Source: Macrostomum lignano (Eukaryota). From it: DNA of 44,427 nucleotides. The translations under genes were made by a program, and so were the position numbers. How positions within the stretch are numbered: the stretch's first letter is position 1; every line of letters begins with the position of its first letter. The stretch covers positions 1 through 44,427 of the forward strand of contig NIVC01000533.1 in NCBI GenBank assembly GCA_002269645.1. The letters are read 5' to 3'. This document shows positions 23,485-35,896 of the stretch, one piece after another. The notes below the pieces were generated by a model that was given only the letters and a program-made list of their open reading frames with translations, ran no database searches and was not told the DNA's origin.

Positions 23485-25650
23485 TTGGCTAGATTAGCAA
23501 TCCATTCTATTCCTTCATTGATGTAGGCTAGATTAGCAATCCATTCTATTCCTTCATTGATGTAGGCTAGATTAGCAATCCATTCTATTCCTTCATTGAT
23601 GTAGGCTAGATTAGCAATCCATTCTATTCCTTCATTGATGTAGGCTAGATTAGCAATCCATTCTATTCCTTCATTGATGTAGGCTAGATTAGCAATCCAT
23701 TCTATTTCTTCATTGATGTAGACTAGATTAGCAATCCATTCTATTCCTTCATTGATGTAGGCTAGATTAGCAATCCATTCTATTTCTTCATTGATGTAGG
23801 CTAGATTAGCAATCCATTATATTCCTTCATTGATGTAGGCTAGATTAGCAATCCATTCTATTCCTTCATTGATGTAGGCTAGATTAGCAATCCATTCTAT
23901 TTCTTCATTGATGTAGGCTAGATTAGCAATCCATTATATTCCTTCATTGATGCAGACTAGATTAGCAATCCATTCTATTCCTTCATTGATGTAGGCTAGA
24001 TTAGCAATCCATTCTATTCCTTCATTGATGTAGGCTAGATTAGCAATCCATTATAATTTTTATTGATGTAGGCTAGATTAGCAATCCATTCTATTCCTTC
24101 ATTGATGTAGGCTAGATTAGCAATCCATTCTATTTCTTCATTGATGTAAGCTAGATTAGCAATCCATTCTATTCACTGATGTAGGCTAGATTAGCAATCC
24201 ATTCTATTCCTTCATTAATGTAGGCTAGATTAGCAATCCATTATATTCCTTCACTGATGTAGGCTAGATTAGCAATCCATTCTATTCCTTCATTGATGTA
24301 GGCTAGATTAGCAATCCATTCTATTCCTTCACTGATGTAGGCTAGATTAGCAATCCATTCTATTCCTTCATTGATGTAGGCTAGATTAGCAATCCATTCT
24401 ATTCCTTCATTGATGTAGGCTAGATTAGCAATCCATTCTATTCCTTCACTGATGTAGGCTAGATTAGCAATCCATTCTATTTCTTCATTGATGTAGGCTA
24501 GATTAGCAATCCATTCTATTCCTTCATTGATGTAGGCTAGATTAGCAATCCATTCTATTCCTTCACTGATGTAGGCTAGATTAGCAATCCATTCTATTCC
24601 TTCATTGATGTAGGCTAGATTAGCAATCCATTCTATTCCTTTACTGATGTAGGCTAGATTAGCAATCCATTATATTCCTTCATTGATGTAGGCTAGATTA
24701 GCAATCCATTCTATTCCTTCATTGATGTAGGCTAGATTAGCAATCCATTCTATTCCTTCATTGATGTAGGCTAGATTAGCAATCCATTCTATTCCTTCAT
24801 TGATGTAGGGTAGATTAGCAATCCATTCTATTCCTTCATTGATGTAGGCTAGATTAGCAATCCATTCTATTCCTTCATTGATGTAGGCTAGATTAGCAAT
24901 CCATTCTATTCCTTTACTGATGTAGACTAGATTAGCAATCCATTCTATTCCTTCATTGATGTAGGCTAGATTAGCAATCCATTCTATTCCTTCATTGATG
25001 TAGACTAGATTAGCAATCCATTCTATTCCTTCATTGATGTAGACTAGATTAGCAATCCATTCTATTCCTTCATTGATGTAGACTAGATTAGCAATCCATT
25101 CTATTCCTTCATTGATTTAGGCTAGATTAGCAATCCATTCTATTCCTTCATTGATGTAGGCTAGATTAGCAATCCATTCTGTTCCTTCATTGATGTAGGC
25201 TAGATTAGCAATCCATTCTATTTCTTCATTGATGTAGGCTAGATTAGCAATCCATTCTATTCCTTCATTGATGTAGACTAGATTAGCAATCCATTCTATT
25301 CCTTCACTGATGTAGGCTAGATTAGCAATCCATTCTATTCCTTCATTAATGCAGGCTAGATTAGCAATCCATTCTGTTCCTTCACTGATGTTGGCTAGAT
25401 TAGCAATCCATTCTATTCCTTTACTGATGTAGGCTAGATTAGCAATCCATTCTATTTCTTCATTGATGTAGGCTAGATTAGCAATCCATTCTATTCCTTC
25501 ATTAATGCAGGCTAGATTAGCAATCCATTCTGTTCCTTCACTGATGTTGGCTAGATTAGCAATCCATTCTATTCCTTCACTGATGTAGGCTAGATTAGCA
25601 ATCCATTCTATTCCTTCATTTGGGTAGGCTAGATTAGCAATCCATTATTT
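23485..25650. repeat. 39-nt minisatellite GTAGGCTAGATTAGCAATCCATTCTATTCCTTCATTGAT
   Basis: About 55 copies; the longest array in the window. Confidence 0.97.
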
Positions 25651-26280
25651 TCATTAATTGATTTAACAAAGCTCATGTGATTTTGAAAACGCAGAATTCC
25701 CAGCTCCAGAATCGCCCGAGGAAGATGTTATCCATACAAATGAGCTAATTTTATTTGTTTCCCAGGCCAGCAGCTGCAATCCCACTCCCCCCAGAGACTG
25801 GCGACACAGCCTTCGATAGATGGTGTGAGAAAAAATTCTCAGCCTATTGGAATATTAATGCGCAACAACAGATTAGCCAAGACGCGGCCCAGACCCAGCT
25901 GAGCTCAGATGGAAGCTGTAAATCACAATTTCTGTCAGCTGAACCGGGAAAACGGGGGGAGGAAGAGATGAATGGGAGAAGTAGAGAGGCATCGCCGCAC
26001 CCAGCGATTATCTGAATGATGCAGTTTCTGTCCCAGAATCCGCCGGGCCGAGTCGCTAATGGGTTTCCTTTGCGCTTCACTGAAACCGAATGAAATTTGA
26101 AGACAATTAAGGATCAGCTGCAGTGGCGTATATGGCATTCCATAGACCCAGATATTGCCCCAACGCGTAAATGAGTTTCTATATCCTGCTTGAAATATTT
26201 AGCAATCAATAGTTGAATTGGAAATTTTAAGAGGTAAAATTCACCTGGGTTTGAGAGAGACATTTAAATCATTAACTAGC

Positions 26281-26870
<590 letters not shown>

Positions 26871-27489
26871 CAGGCACACGGAAAGTCAGAAGCAGTGAGT
26901 GACTGGTTGAGAAATGCAGCAAGGCAGCTGCAGCATCACAAAAGAGGATGGGGAGCAAACGCAGAACTTGGAAAGAATCCCAAACAGCTGCAGGTCTGCC
27001 CAGTTGAACTGTCACGGCATACAATCTGCCTCATTTTGAGGCCTCTCTCGAAGACCTCGAATAAACATAAATTTTCCAGTGCAGAATTTCTGAGGAACAA
27101 AGAATGAGTATGAGCAGGAGTTTGTACTTTTAGCCACTCTTAGAAATGACAATAAGAGTTGCCAGGCAATTTAGCTGAGTAGCTTCCATCCAGCGAGTGA
27201 CCGTTCTCAGCTTTTTTATTTGTTCAACAAGGATTTCTTGCTGACGGATGGGCTGGGTCCTGGCGTAGGCCCGCATGTCTACTGCAGTTGCTGGGCAAGT
27301 CTCAAGGATGGAGATGAGATGAGCAGCCGGACACAAAGACATTACATTGCACTTAAGCCTGATGGAGCGTCCTTGAGTTGGTCGAACTTTTCTCTCGAAG
27401 TGAGGGAATTCGCGAGTAGTGGCGGCTACCACTGGCTCAGTGACTGACTATCGGGTTGGCCCCCTGTCACTGATACTCAAATTGAACTG

Positions 27490-29055
27490 TCAATCAGCAC
27501 AGCTATCAATCAATCAGCACAGCTATCAATCAATCAGCACAGCTAACAATCAGCACAGCTAACAATCAATCAGCACAGCTATCAATCAATCAGCACAGCT
27601 AACAATCAGCACAGCTATCAATCAATCAGCACAGCTATCAATCAATCAGCACAGCTAACAATCAGCACAGCTAACAATCAATCAGCACAGCTAACAATCA
27701 GCACAGCTATCAATCAATCAGCACAGCTAACAATCAGCACAGCTAACAATCAATCAGCACAGCTATCAATCAATCAGCACAGCTAACAATCAGCACAGCT
27801 ATCAATCAATCAGCACAGCTAACAATCAATCAGCGCAGCTAACAATCAATCAGCACAGCTAACAATCAGCACAGTCAACAATCAATCAGCACAGCTAACA
27901 ATCAGCACAGCTAACAATCAATCAGCACAGCTATCAATCAATCAGCACAGCTAACAATCAATCAGCACAGCTAACAATCAATCAGCACAGCTAACAATCA
28001 GCACAGCTAACAATCAATCAGCACAGCTAACAATCAGCACAGCTAACAATCAATCAGCACAGCTAACAATCAGCACAGCTATCAATCAATCAGCACAGCT
28101 AACAATCAATCAGCACAGCTAACAATCAATCAGCACAGCTAACAATCAATCAGCACAGCTAACAATCAATCAGCACAGCTATCAATCAATCAGCACAGCT
28201 AACAATCAGCACAGCTATCAATCAATCAGCACAGCTAACAATCAATCAGCGCAGCTAACAATCAATCAGCACAGCTAACAATCAATCAGCACAGCTATCA
28301 ATCAATCAGCACAGCTATCAATCAATCAGCACAGCTAACAATCAATCAGCACAGCTAACAATCAATCAGCACAGCTAACAATCAGCACAGCTAACAATCA
28401 ATCAGCACAGCTAACAATCAGCACAGCTAACAATCAATCAGCACAGCTAACAATCAGCACAGCTAACAATCAGAACAGCTATCAATCAATCAGCACAGCT
28501 ACAATCAGCACAGCTATCAATCAATCAGCACAGCTAACAATCAATCAGCACAGCTAACAATCAATCAGCACAGCTAACAATCAGCACAGCTAACAATCAA
28601 TCAGCACAGCTATCAATCAATCAGCACAGCTAACAATCAGCACAGCTATCAATCAATCAGCACAGCTAACAATCAATCAGCGCAGCTAACAATCAATCAG
28701 CACAGCTAACAATCAGCACAGTCAACAATCAATCAGCACAGCTAACAATCAGCACAGCTATCAATCAATCAGCACAGCTAACAATCAATCAGCGCAGCTA
28801 ACAATCAATCAGCACAGCTAACAATCAGCACAGTCAACAATCAATCAGCACAGCTAACAATCAGCACAGCTAACAATCAGCACAGCTAACAATCAATCAG
28901 CACAGCTAACAATCAGCACAGCTAACAATCAGAACAGCTATCAATCAATCAGCACAGCTAACAATCAGCACAGCTAACAATCAGCACAGCTAACAATCAA
29001 TCAGCACAGCTATCAATCAGCACAGCTATCAATCAATCAGCACAGCTATCAATCA
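27490..29055. repeat. 16/20-nt minisatellite CAGCACAGCTAACAAT(CAAT)
   Basis: About 85 copies, two interspersed unit lengths. Confidence 0.95.
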
Positions 29056-29449
29056 GACCTGAACACCATATTAGGTGCGTGAATGAACTAAGCAAAACTA
29101 TGAATGAATAACACTGTGAATACAGCAGTGAACATGGCTTAGTGCTGCTCTTACCCAGTCTCAAGCATAGCGATGAGTTGAACCGACAAATTTATTATTG
29201 AATTTTCGTGCGATTTGACAAAATCTTATATCTAGAGGAAATTCCTACACATGCACCAAAGCAGGATTTCTATCGAATACAAATATAGATGGGATAACTC
29301 TCCTTAGTAATTCCTAAGTGAAGCTGAAATTTTATTGGCTTAAGCAATTTAAAGTTATTTTAGTTGCAAAGAAAAAATGTCTTCGTTCAAACTACTATTA
29401 GTAGAGTACATGACATTTACGTCCACTCGATTTTCTTAGAAATGAAATA

Positions 29450-29660
29450 GGGGTTGTAGCCTAGTGGTTAGTCGTGGGGCGTCGGAATTACGACTTAAAG
29501 GTTGGGGGTTCGATTCTCGATCCCACTGGAACAATTTGGATCCTTGAGCAAGACAATTACATGTAGCTCTGCAGTGCTTCCCAGCTATAAAATTGGTGCG
29601 CTTAGCATTCTCTCGAGAATGCGCAGGGTTTCGGGCCATAGACTGGGTTTCGCTCTTTTT
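29450..29660 (+). mobile_element. tRNA-derived SINE with V-domain-like core; 3' end uncertain
   Basis: A box TAGCCTAGTGG (29457-29467), B box GGTTCGATTCT (29507-29517), then CCTTGAGCAAGACA, which resembles the V-SINE core. Confidence 0.65.
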
Positions 29661-29949
29661 AGATCATCGCCGGAAAATTAACGAAATTACCGAAAAATTA
29701 ACCATAGACTATTGATTGATTCTTTACCATGCCTTTTCAAAGTGCATCTGACAGAGCAGAAGAGTTGACTAGAAATCCGTCAACAATCATAGTTCATACA
29801 AAAGGGTACAATAACGACATGGACAGATTTTTCCAATTTAAAATCCATTTAGACAACACAACTTTATTTTGAGCATTGCGGCTCTCAAAAATCAATTAGT
29901 TTTTCAATTCTTTTTCTTAACACACTTGCTTCATTCATTTGCAATTTGG

Positions 29950-30238
29950 AGTCCAGAGTGCCAGACATTGCAAGAATTTAGTGCTTTCTGAGTCCAGAGT
30001 GCCAGACATTGCAAGAATTTAGTGCTTTCTGAGTCCAGAGTGCCAGACATTGCAAGAATTTAGTGCTTTCTGAGTCCAGAGTGCCAGACATTGCAAGAAT
30101 TTAGTGCTTTCTGAGTCCAGAGTACCAGACATTGCAAGAATTGAGTGCTTTCTGAGTCCAGAGTGCCAGACATTGCAAGAATCGAGTGCTTTCTGAGTCT
30201 AGAGTGCCAGACATTGCAAGAATTGAGTGCTTTCTGCA
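29950..30238. repeat. 41-nt minisatellite AGTCCAGAGTGCCAGACATTGCAAGAATTTAGTGCTTTCTG
   Basis: 7 copies. Confidence 0.95.
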
Positions 30239-30913
30239 GCGCAAGCATTCCTCGTTTAATCCTCAACAGCTGATCAAATACGGTTCGAAGTTGATCAGAT
30301 TTTCCAATCAGAGCCCTGTCCACGCGCCTCCCAGTAACAGAGCTACTCCAGCTGTCTCACAACATTTTTTTCGCTTAAACTCCAAAAACACTACACGGCT
30401 AACCTTTGCTTCTTTGTTGGAGAAGCAGAACTAAAACAAAAATACAGTATCTTTCTACATCACTTGAGCTCAAGGTGCTCAAGGGTCAACGGAATGGACA
30501 TGAATGCTTGCCTCCGATCTCGGTCTGCGAGTCAACTCTCTACTTGACAACTCCATGACAGGTGGTCATGGACACTCATTAGTTAATCAAATCGCTTGCC
30601 TGCCTGTTAAGATTTAAGAGAGTAATAAAACTAAAATGCCTGTCTGAGAAAGTTCCATTGAAACTTTATTCAGCTGAATAAAAGTACAATTCAGCATAGA
30701 GACAAAATATTACGTCTCATCGGTACCAGTGCACAAGTAGCAGGTGTACAGCGTGTTGTATAGCTTTATTGCGCTTTGAATCCTAAGACCCAGCTTGCAG
30801 GTGAAAGACCAACTTCTGCACGACATATACAGTATTAGTGACAATATTGGGCATTGAGGACCGGGTAGTGCGAATCTGTAATATACTGTGAGAGTGCTCT
30901 GTTAGTATGATGG

Positions 30914-30979
30914 ACAGACAGACAGACAGACAGACGAACAGACACTAAGACAGACACTAAGACAGACAGACAGACAGAC

Positions 30980-31054
<75 letters not shown>

Positions 31055-31057
31055 CTA

Positions 31058-31102
<45 letters not shown>

Positions 31103-31221
31103 CTAAGACAGACAGACACTAAGACAGACAGACACTAAGACAGACAGACACTAAGACAGACAGACACTAAGACAGACAGACACAGACGGACAGACAGACA
31201 GACAGACACAGACAGGCACAT

Positions 31222-31272
<51 letters not shown>

Positions 31273-31395
31273 CAGACAGGCACATACAGACAGACAGACA
31301 CAGACAGGCACATACAGACAGACAGACACAGACACACAGACAGACAGACAGACAGACACAGACACACAGACAGACAGAAAGACAGACAGACAGAC

Positions 31396-31426
<31 letters not shown>

Positions 31427-31451
31427 CAGACAGACAGACAGACACAGACAT

Positions 31452-31514
<63 letters not shown>

Positions 31515-31535
31515 CAGACAGACAGACAGACAGAC
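30914..31535. repeat. (CAGA)n compound microsatellite, 3' of the 99-aa ORF
   Basis: CAGA tract with CACTAAGA and CATA variants. Confidence 0.95.
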
Positions 31536-31593
31536 TGGCAGCCCCACGGCTACCCCGCCCAGACTCAGGCCAGGCTGCGCTCTCTCAGTCGTC

Positions 31594-31893
31594 TCAGACC
31601 GCGGTTGACGCCGCTGCCGGGGGCGCCTGCACGGGCAGGAAGGCGTCGCACCTGCGGCAGTACTCGTACTCGTCCTCGCTCCAGATCACCTCCACTTCGC
31701 TCAGGTCGCCAGTCGAGACGGCGGAGGCTCCGCCGCGGCGACTCTCGGCGGGATCAGCGGCCCGGACGAATAGTTCTACTCGGCCGTTGCTGAGGCAACA
31801 GAGGAATGCGGCGTAGACTAAAGCGAGGCCGACCAGGAGGCAAGCGGCGAGGGCGAGGATTCTGTCGCCGGGGAACAGATGCCAGTCGGACAT
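31594..31893 (-). CDS. Hypothetical 99-aa single-pass membrane protein
   Basis: gccATG context, GC-rich unique island. One hydrophobic stretch [23 protein letters not shown], an acidic tract and YCRRC. No family recognised. Confidence 0.55.
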   Translation of the reverse strand: MSDWHLFPGDRILALAACLLVGLALVYAAFLCCLSNGRVELFVRAADPAESRRGGASAVSTGDLSEVEVIWSEDEYEYCRRCDAFLPVQAPPAAASTAV

Positions 31894-32081
31894 GGCTCTT
31901 CGATTGACTGATCCGCTTTGCTGCTTTGTCTATTGCAGAGGTGACTTAATTATGAATTCAGACTGTCATAGTAAATCCGACTAGACTGTCCTGCATATAC
32001 AGGATGAGGTCGAGACTTTGGCGAATCAGAGAAGCTCAATCACCGGGGGGATGGTTTTATTGGATGCGGAGCTCAAATGAG

Positions 32082-33790
32082 CGACTGGCTAAATGACTGA
32101 ACTCAGTGACTGGCTGAATGGCTGAACTCAGTGACTGGCTGAATGGCTAAACTCAGTGACTGGCTGAATGGCTGAACTCAGTGACTGGCTGAATGGCTGA
32201 ACTCAGTGACTGGCTAAATGGCTGAACTCAGTGACTGGCTAAATGGCTGAACTCAGTGACTGAATGGCTGAATGGCTGAACTCAGTGACTGGCTAAATGG
32301 CTGAACTCAGTGACTGAATGGCTGAACTCAATGACTGGCTGAATGGCTGAACTCAGTGACTGGCTAAATGGCTGAACTCAGTGACTGGCTGAATGGCTGA
32401 ACTCAGTGACTGGCTGAATGGCTGAACTCAATGACTGGCTAAATGGCTGAACTCAGTGACTGAATGGCTGAATGGCTGAACTCAGTGACTGGCTAAATGG
32501 CTGAACTCAGTGACTGGCTGAATGGCTGAACTCAATGACTGGCTGAATGGCTGAACTCAGTGACTGGCTAAATGGCTGAACTCAGTGACTGATTGGCTAA
32601 ATGGCTGAACTCAGTGACTGGCTGAATGGCTGAACTCAATGACTGGCTGAATGGCTGAACTGTGACTGGCTGAATGGTTGAACTCAATGACTGGCTGAAT
32701 GGCTGAACTCAGCGACTGGCTGAATGGCTGAACTCAGTGACTGGCTGAATGGCTGAACTCAGTGACTGGCTAAATGGCTGAAATCAGTGACTGGCTGAAT
32801 GGCTGAACTCAATGACTGGCTGAATGGCTGAACTCAGTGACTGATTGGCTAAATGGCTGAACTCAGTGACTGACTGGCTGAATGGCTGAACTCAGTGACT
32901 GGCTGAATGGCTGCACTCAGTGACTGGCTGAATGGTTGAACTCAATGACTGGCTGAATGGCTGAACTCAGTGACTGATTGGCTAAATGGCTGAACTCAGT
33001 GACTGATTGGCTAAATGGCTGAACTCAGTGACTGATTGGCTAAATGGCTGAACTCAGTGACTGGCTAAATGGCTGAACTCAGTGACTGATTGGCTGAATG
33101 GCTGAACTCAGTGACTGGCTGAATGGCTGAACTGTGACTGGCTGAATGGCTGAACTCAGTGACTGGCTGAATGGCTGAACTGTGACTGGCTGAATGGCTG
33201 AACTCAGTGACTGGCTAAATGGCTGAACTCAATGACTGGCTAAATGGCTGAACTCAGTGACTGATTGGCTAAATGGCTGAACTCAGTGACTGGCTAAATG
33301 GCTGAACTCAGTGACTGGCTAAATGGCTGAACTCAGTGACTGATTGGCTAAATGGCTGAACTCAGTGACTGGCTGAATGGCTGAACTCAATGACTGGCTG
33401 AATGGCTGAACTGTGACTGGCTGAATGGCTGAACTCAATGACTGGCTGAATGGCTGAACTCAGTGACTGGCTGAATGGCTGAACTCAGTGACTGGCTGAA
33501 TGGCTGAACTCAGTGACTGGCTAAATGGCTGAACTCAGTGACTGAATGGCTAAATGGCTGAACTCAGTGACTGGCTGAATGGCTGAACTCAGTGACTGGC
33601 TAAATGGCTGAACTCAGTGACTGATTGGCTAAATGGCTGAACTCAGTGACTGGCTAAATGGCTGAACTCAGTGACTGGCTAAATGGCTGAACTCAATGAC
33701 TGGCTGAATGGCTGAACTGTGACTGGCTGAATGGCTGAACTCAATGACTGGCTAAATGATTGAATTCATTGACTGACTCAGTGCCTGACT
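32082..33790. repeat. 25-nt minisatellite GGCTGAATGGCTGAACTCAGTGACT
   Basis: About 66 copies with variants. Confidence 0.95.
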
Positions 33791-35425
33791 AAACAGTCGC
33801 AGTGTTGTATGATGCCAATTTTTAAAATTGTGCGTTAATTGAAACCGTAAATAAAATAGCAAAAAGTGAAATCCCAGGCCTTGGTGGATAATTTACGGGC
33901 CTCACAAACATGATGACCATTGACCCAAACTGGCGATACCATAGCAACTACAATCGGTTGTATTCAGGCGATAAATAAGCAGAATCTAGCGCGTATGTTA
34001 ATATGAATTTAGTAAATTGTTATATTAAATATTAATTAATAATTCAAATAACATAAGGCCAGAAACGCACGCGCAAAAAATGCAGGCATATAGAAAGCCA
34101 ACCAAATAGAAAAAAAATTTTTTGGAGGCCAAAGCTAAGAAACAGATTACAACTGTATTATATAAGAGATACGTGTGTTTACAAGAAAACAAAGAATATG
34201 CAGCATTTATGAACAGAAGCTATTTAAATATAAGGACGCAATAACTAGGACAGAGGCACCGCGAATTTCAGAAGGGCAAGCTGCAATATGACAAGCACAA
34301 TGGCAGGGGTCATGACTTGCGCATTTCATTTGTATTTGGCCGTTATTTAAGGTCATGGGTCATAAAAAATCATGAGGTCATTTAAGGTCACGGGGTAAAA
34401 AAGTGATGTGACCATTAAAGGTCAAGGGGTCAAGGAGGCCATTTAGTCACGGGGTCAAATGTCATAGGTTATAAAAGGTCATTTAAGGTCACGGTTGATA
34501 AAAATTTCGGGGGCATTTAAGGTTAAGGGTCATTAAAGGTCGCGAGGCCTTTTAAGGTCACTAGGTCAATTAAGGTCATTAGGCTATTTAAGGTGATCAC
34601 GCCACTGAGGTTATTAAGCTTTTCAACGTCATATGACCTTTATAGGCCCTGAGGACTTTAGTTTAAGGCCCCAAAACTAGGCTACTCAAGGTCACAAACA
34701 GATTTTTAAGGTCAAGAGAAAAATTCAAATACAAGGTCATTAGGATGAGTAGAGCCTGCCACTAGAAATTGAGATTCTAAAAAAATAATAATAACTTTAA
34801 TCTAATCTAAACGCTAACCGCCCGTTGCATACATAAAAAAACATTGACAGAAAATCGATAAGTTAAAATTTAACTTAATTTTAAGATATGTCGATACACC
34901 GTACTACATGTACTACTTATAAAAAGCCAATAAGATAGCAGAACTATTTGTAAGACACAATATTATTAGCTTACTAAATACAGTAAAGTACACAAAATGT
35001 ACGCTAAAATCTGTACACTAGGCGGTATTGTATGAAGCAGGGTTGGGAACAAACTACGCGCGCAAAAGCAGACAGGTAAAGGCAATAAATTTACTTTCAG
35101 TGATGAGAGAAGAAGTGACTAGCAGTTAAGATATAAGTTTAGTAGTATATAACCGCAAAGAGAAATCACAGTGCCAAACAGAACAGGGGCTGGAGCTTCA
35201 ATATCCTTCGCATGAATTCCACATTTAGTAGGGACTTCTAGGACTAGAGACTTAGCTAGTTAAGCTTATTTGCACGGGGGCTGTGGACAAAGCAAAGCAG
35301 CAAATCAACTCGACAGTTCGCTGATCAGCAGCCATCGACGAGGCTAGCAGTAATGGTCAATCAGCAGATCCCGGACAACGGACACAGGTGTGTACGCAGG
35401 GGGAGTACAATTCACTCCCGATGAT

Positions 35426-35656
35426 TTAGTTTAGGGTTTAGGTTGCTAGAGCTAGGCTTTAGGTTGTTAGGGTAAGGTTTTAGGTTAAGTTCATAGTTTA
35501 TGTTAGGTTTGAGGCTTAGGTTAGGGTTTAGGTTAGGTATAGGATTAAATTTGGGTTAAGGGTTTAGGTTAGGTTTAGGATTTAGGTTAGGTTTAGGTTA
35601 GGTTTAGGGTTTAGATTAGATTTAGGGTTAGGTTAAGGGTTTAGATTAGGGTTAGA
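35426..35656 (+). repeat. Degenerate telomere-like (TTAGG/TTAGGG/TTTAGG)n tract
   Basis: About 230 bp of GGTTAG/GGTTTAG variants. Confidence 0.8.
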
Positions 35657-35896
35657 GTGGGCAGTTAATAACGCAGACAGGCACTCGCGCTGGTCCAGAG
35701 TCTATATAGCGGCCCTGACTCTTTTTAGATTCAGCCAGTATACTTACTGTACGCGACAAGCTCCATAGTAGAATCTGCAGCAGCAGATATCCATAGTTCC
35801 AGCTACTAATAGTAGTGCAATATGTACAGTCCAAAATAAAACAGCATCGACATGAAAATCCGAATTTAAACGCTATTAAAAGATTTTTTAAAACAT

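Noticed and set aside
29450-29525. tRNA gene (also considered at 42159-42235)
   Set aside because: A and B boxes are present, but I could not fold a proper cloverleaf with an acceptor stem, and the downstream body and tail indicate SINEs.
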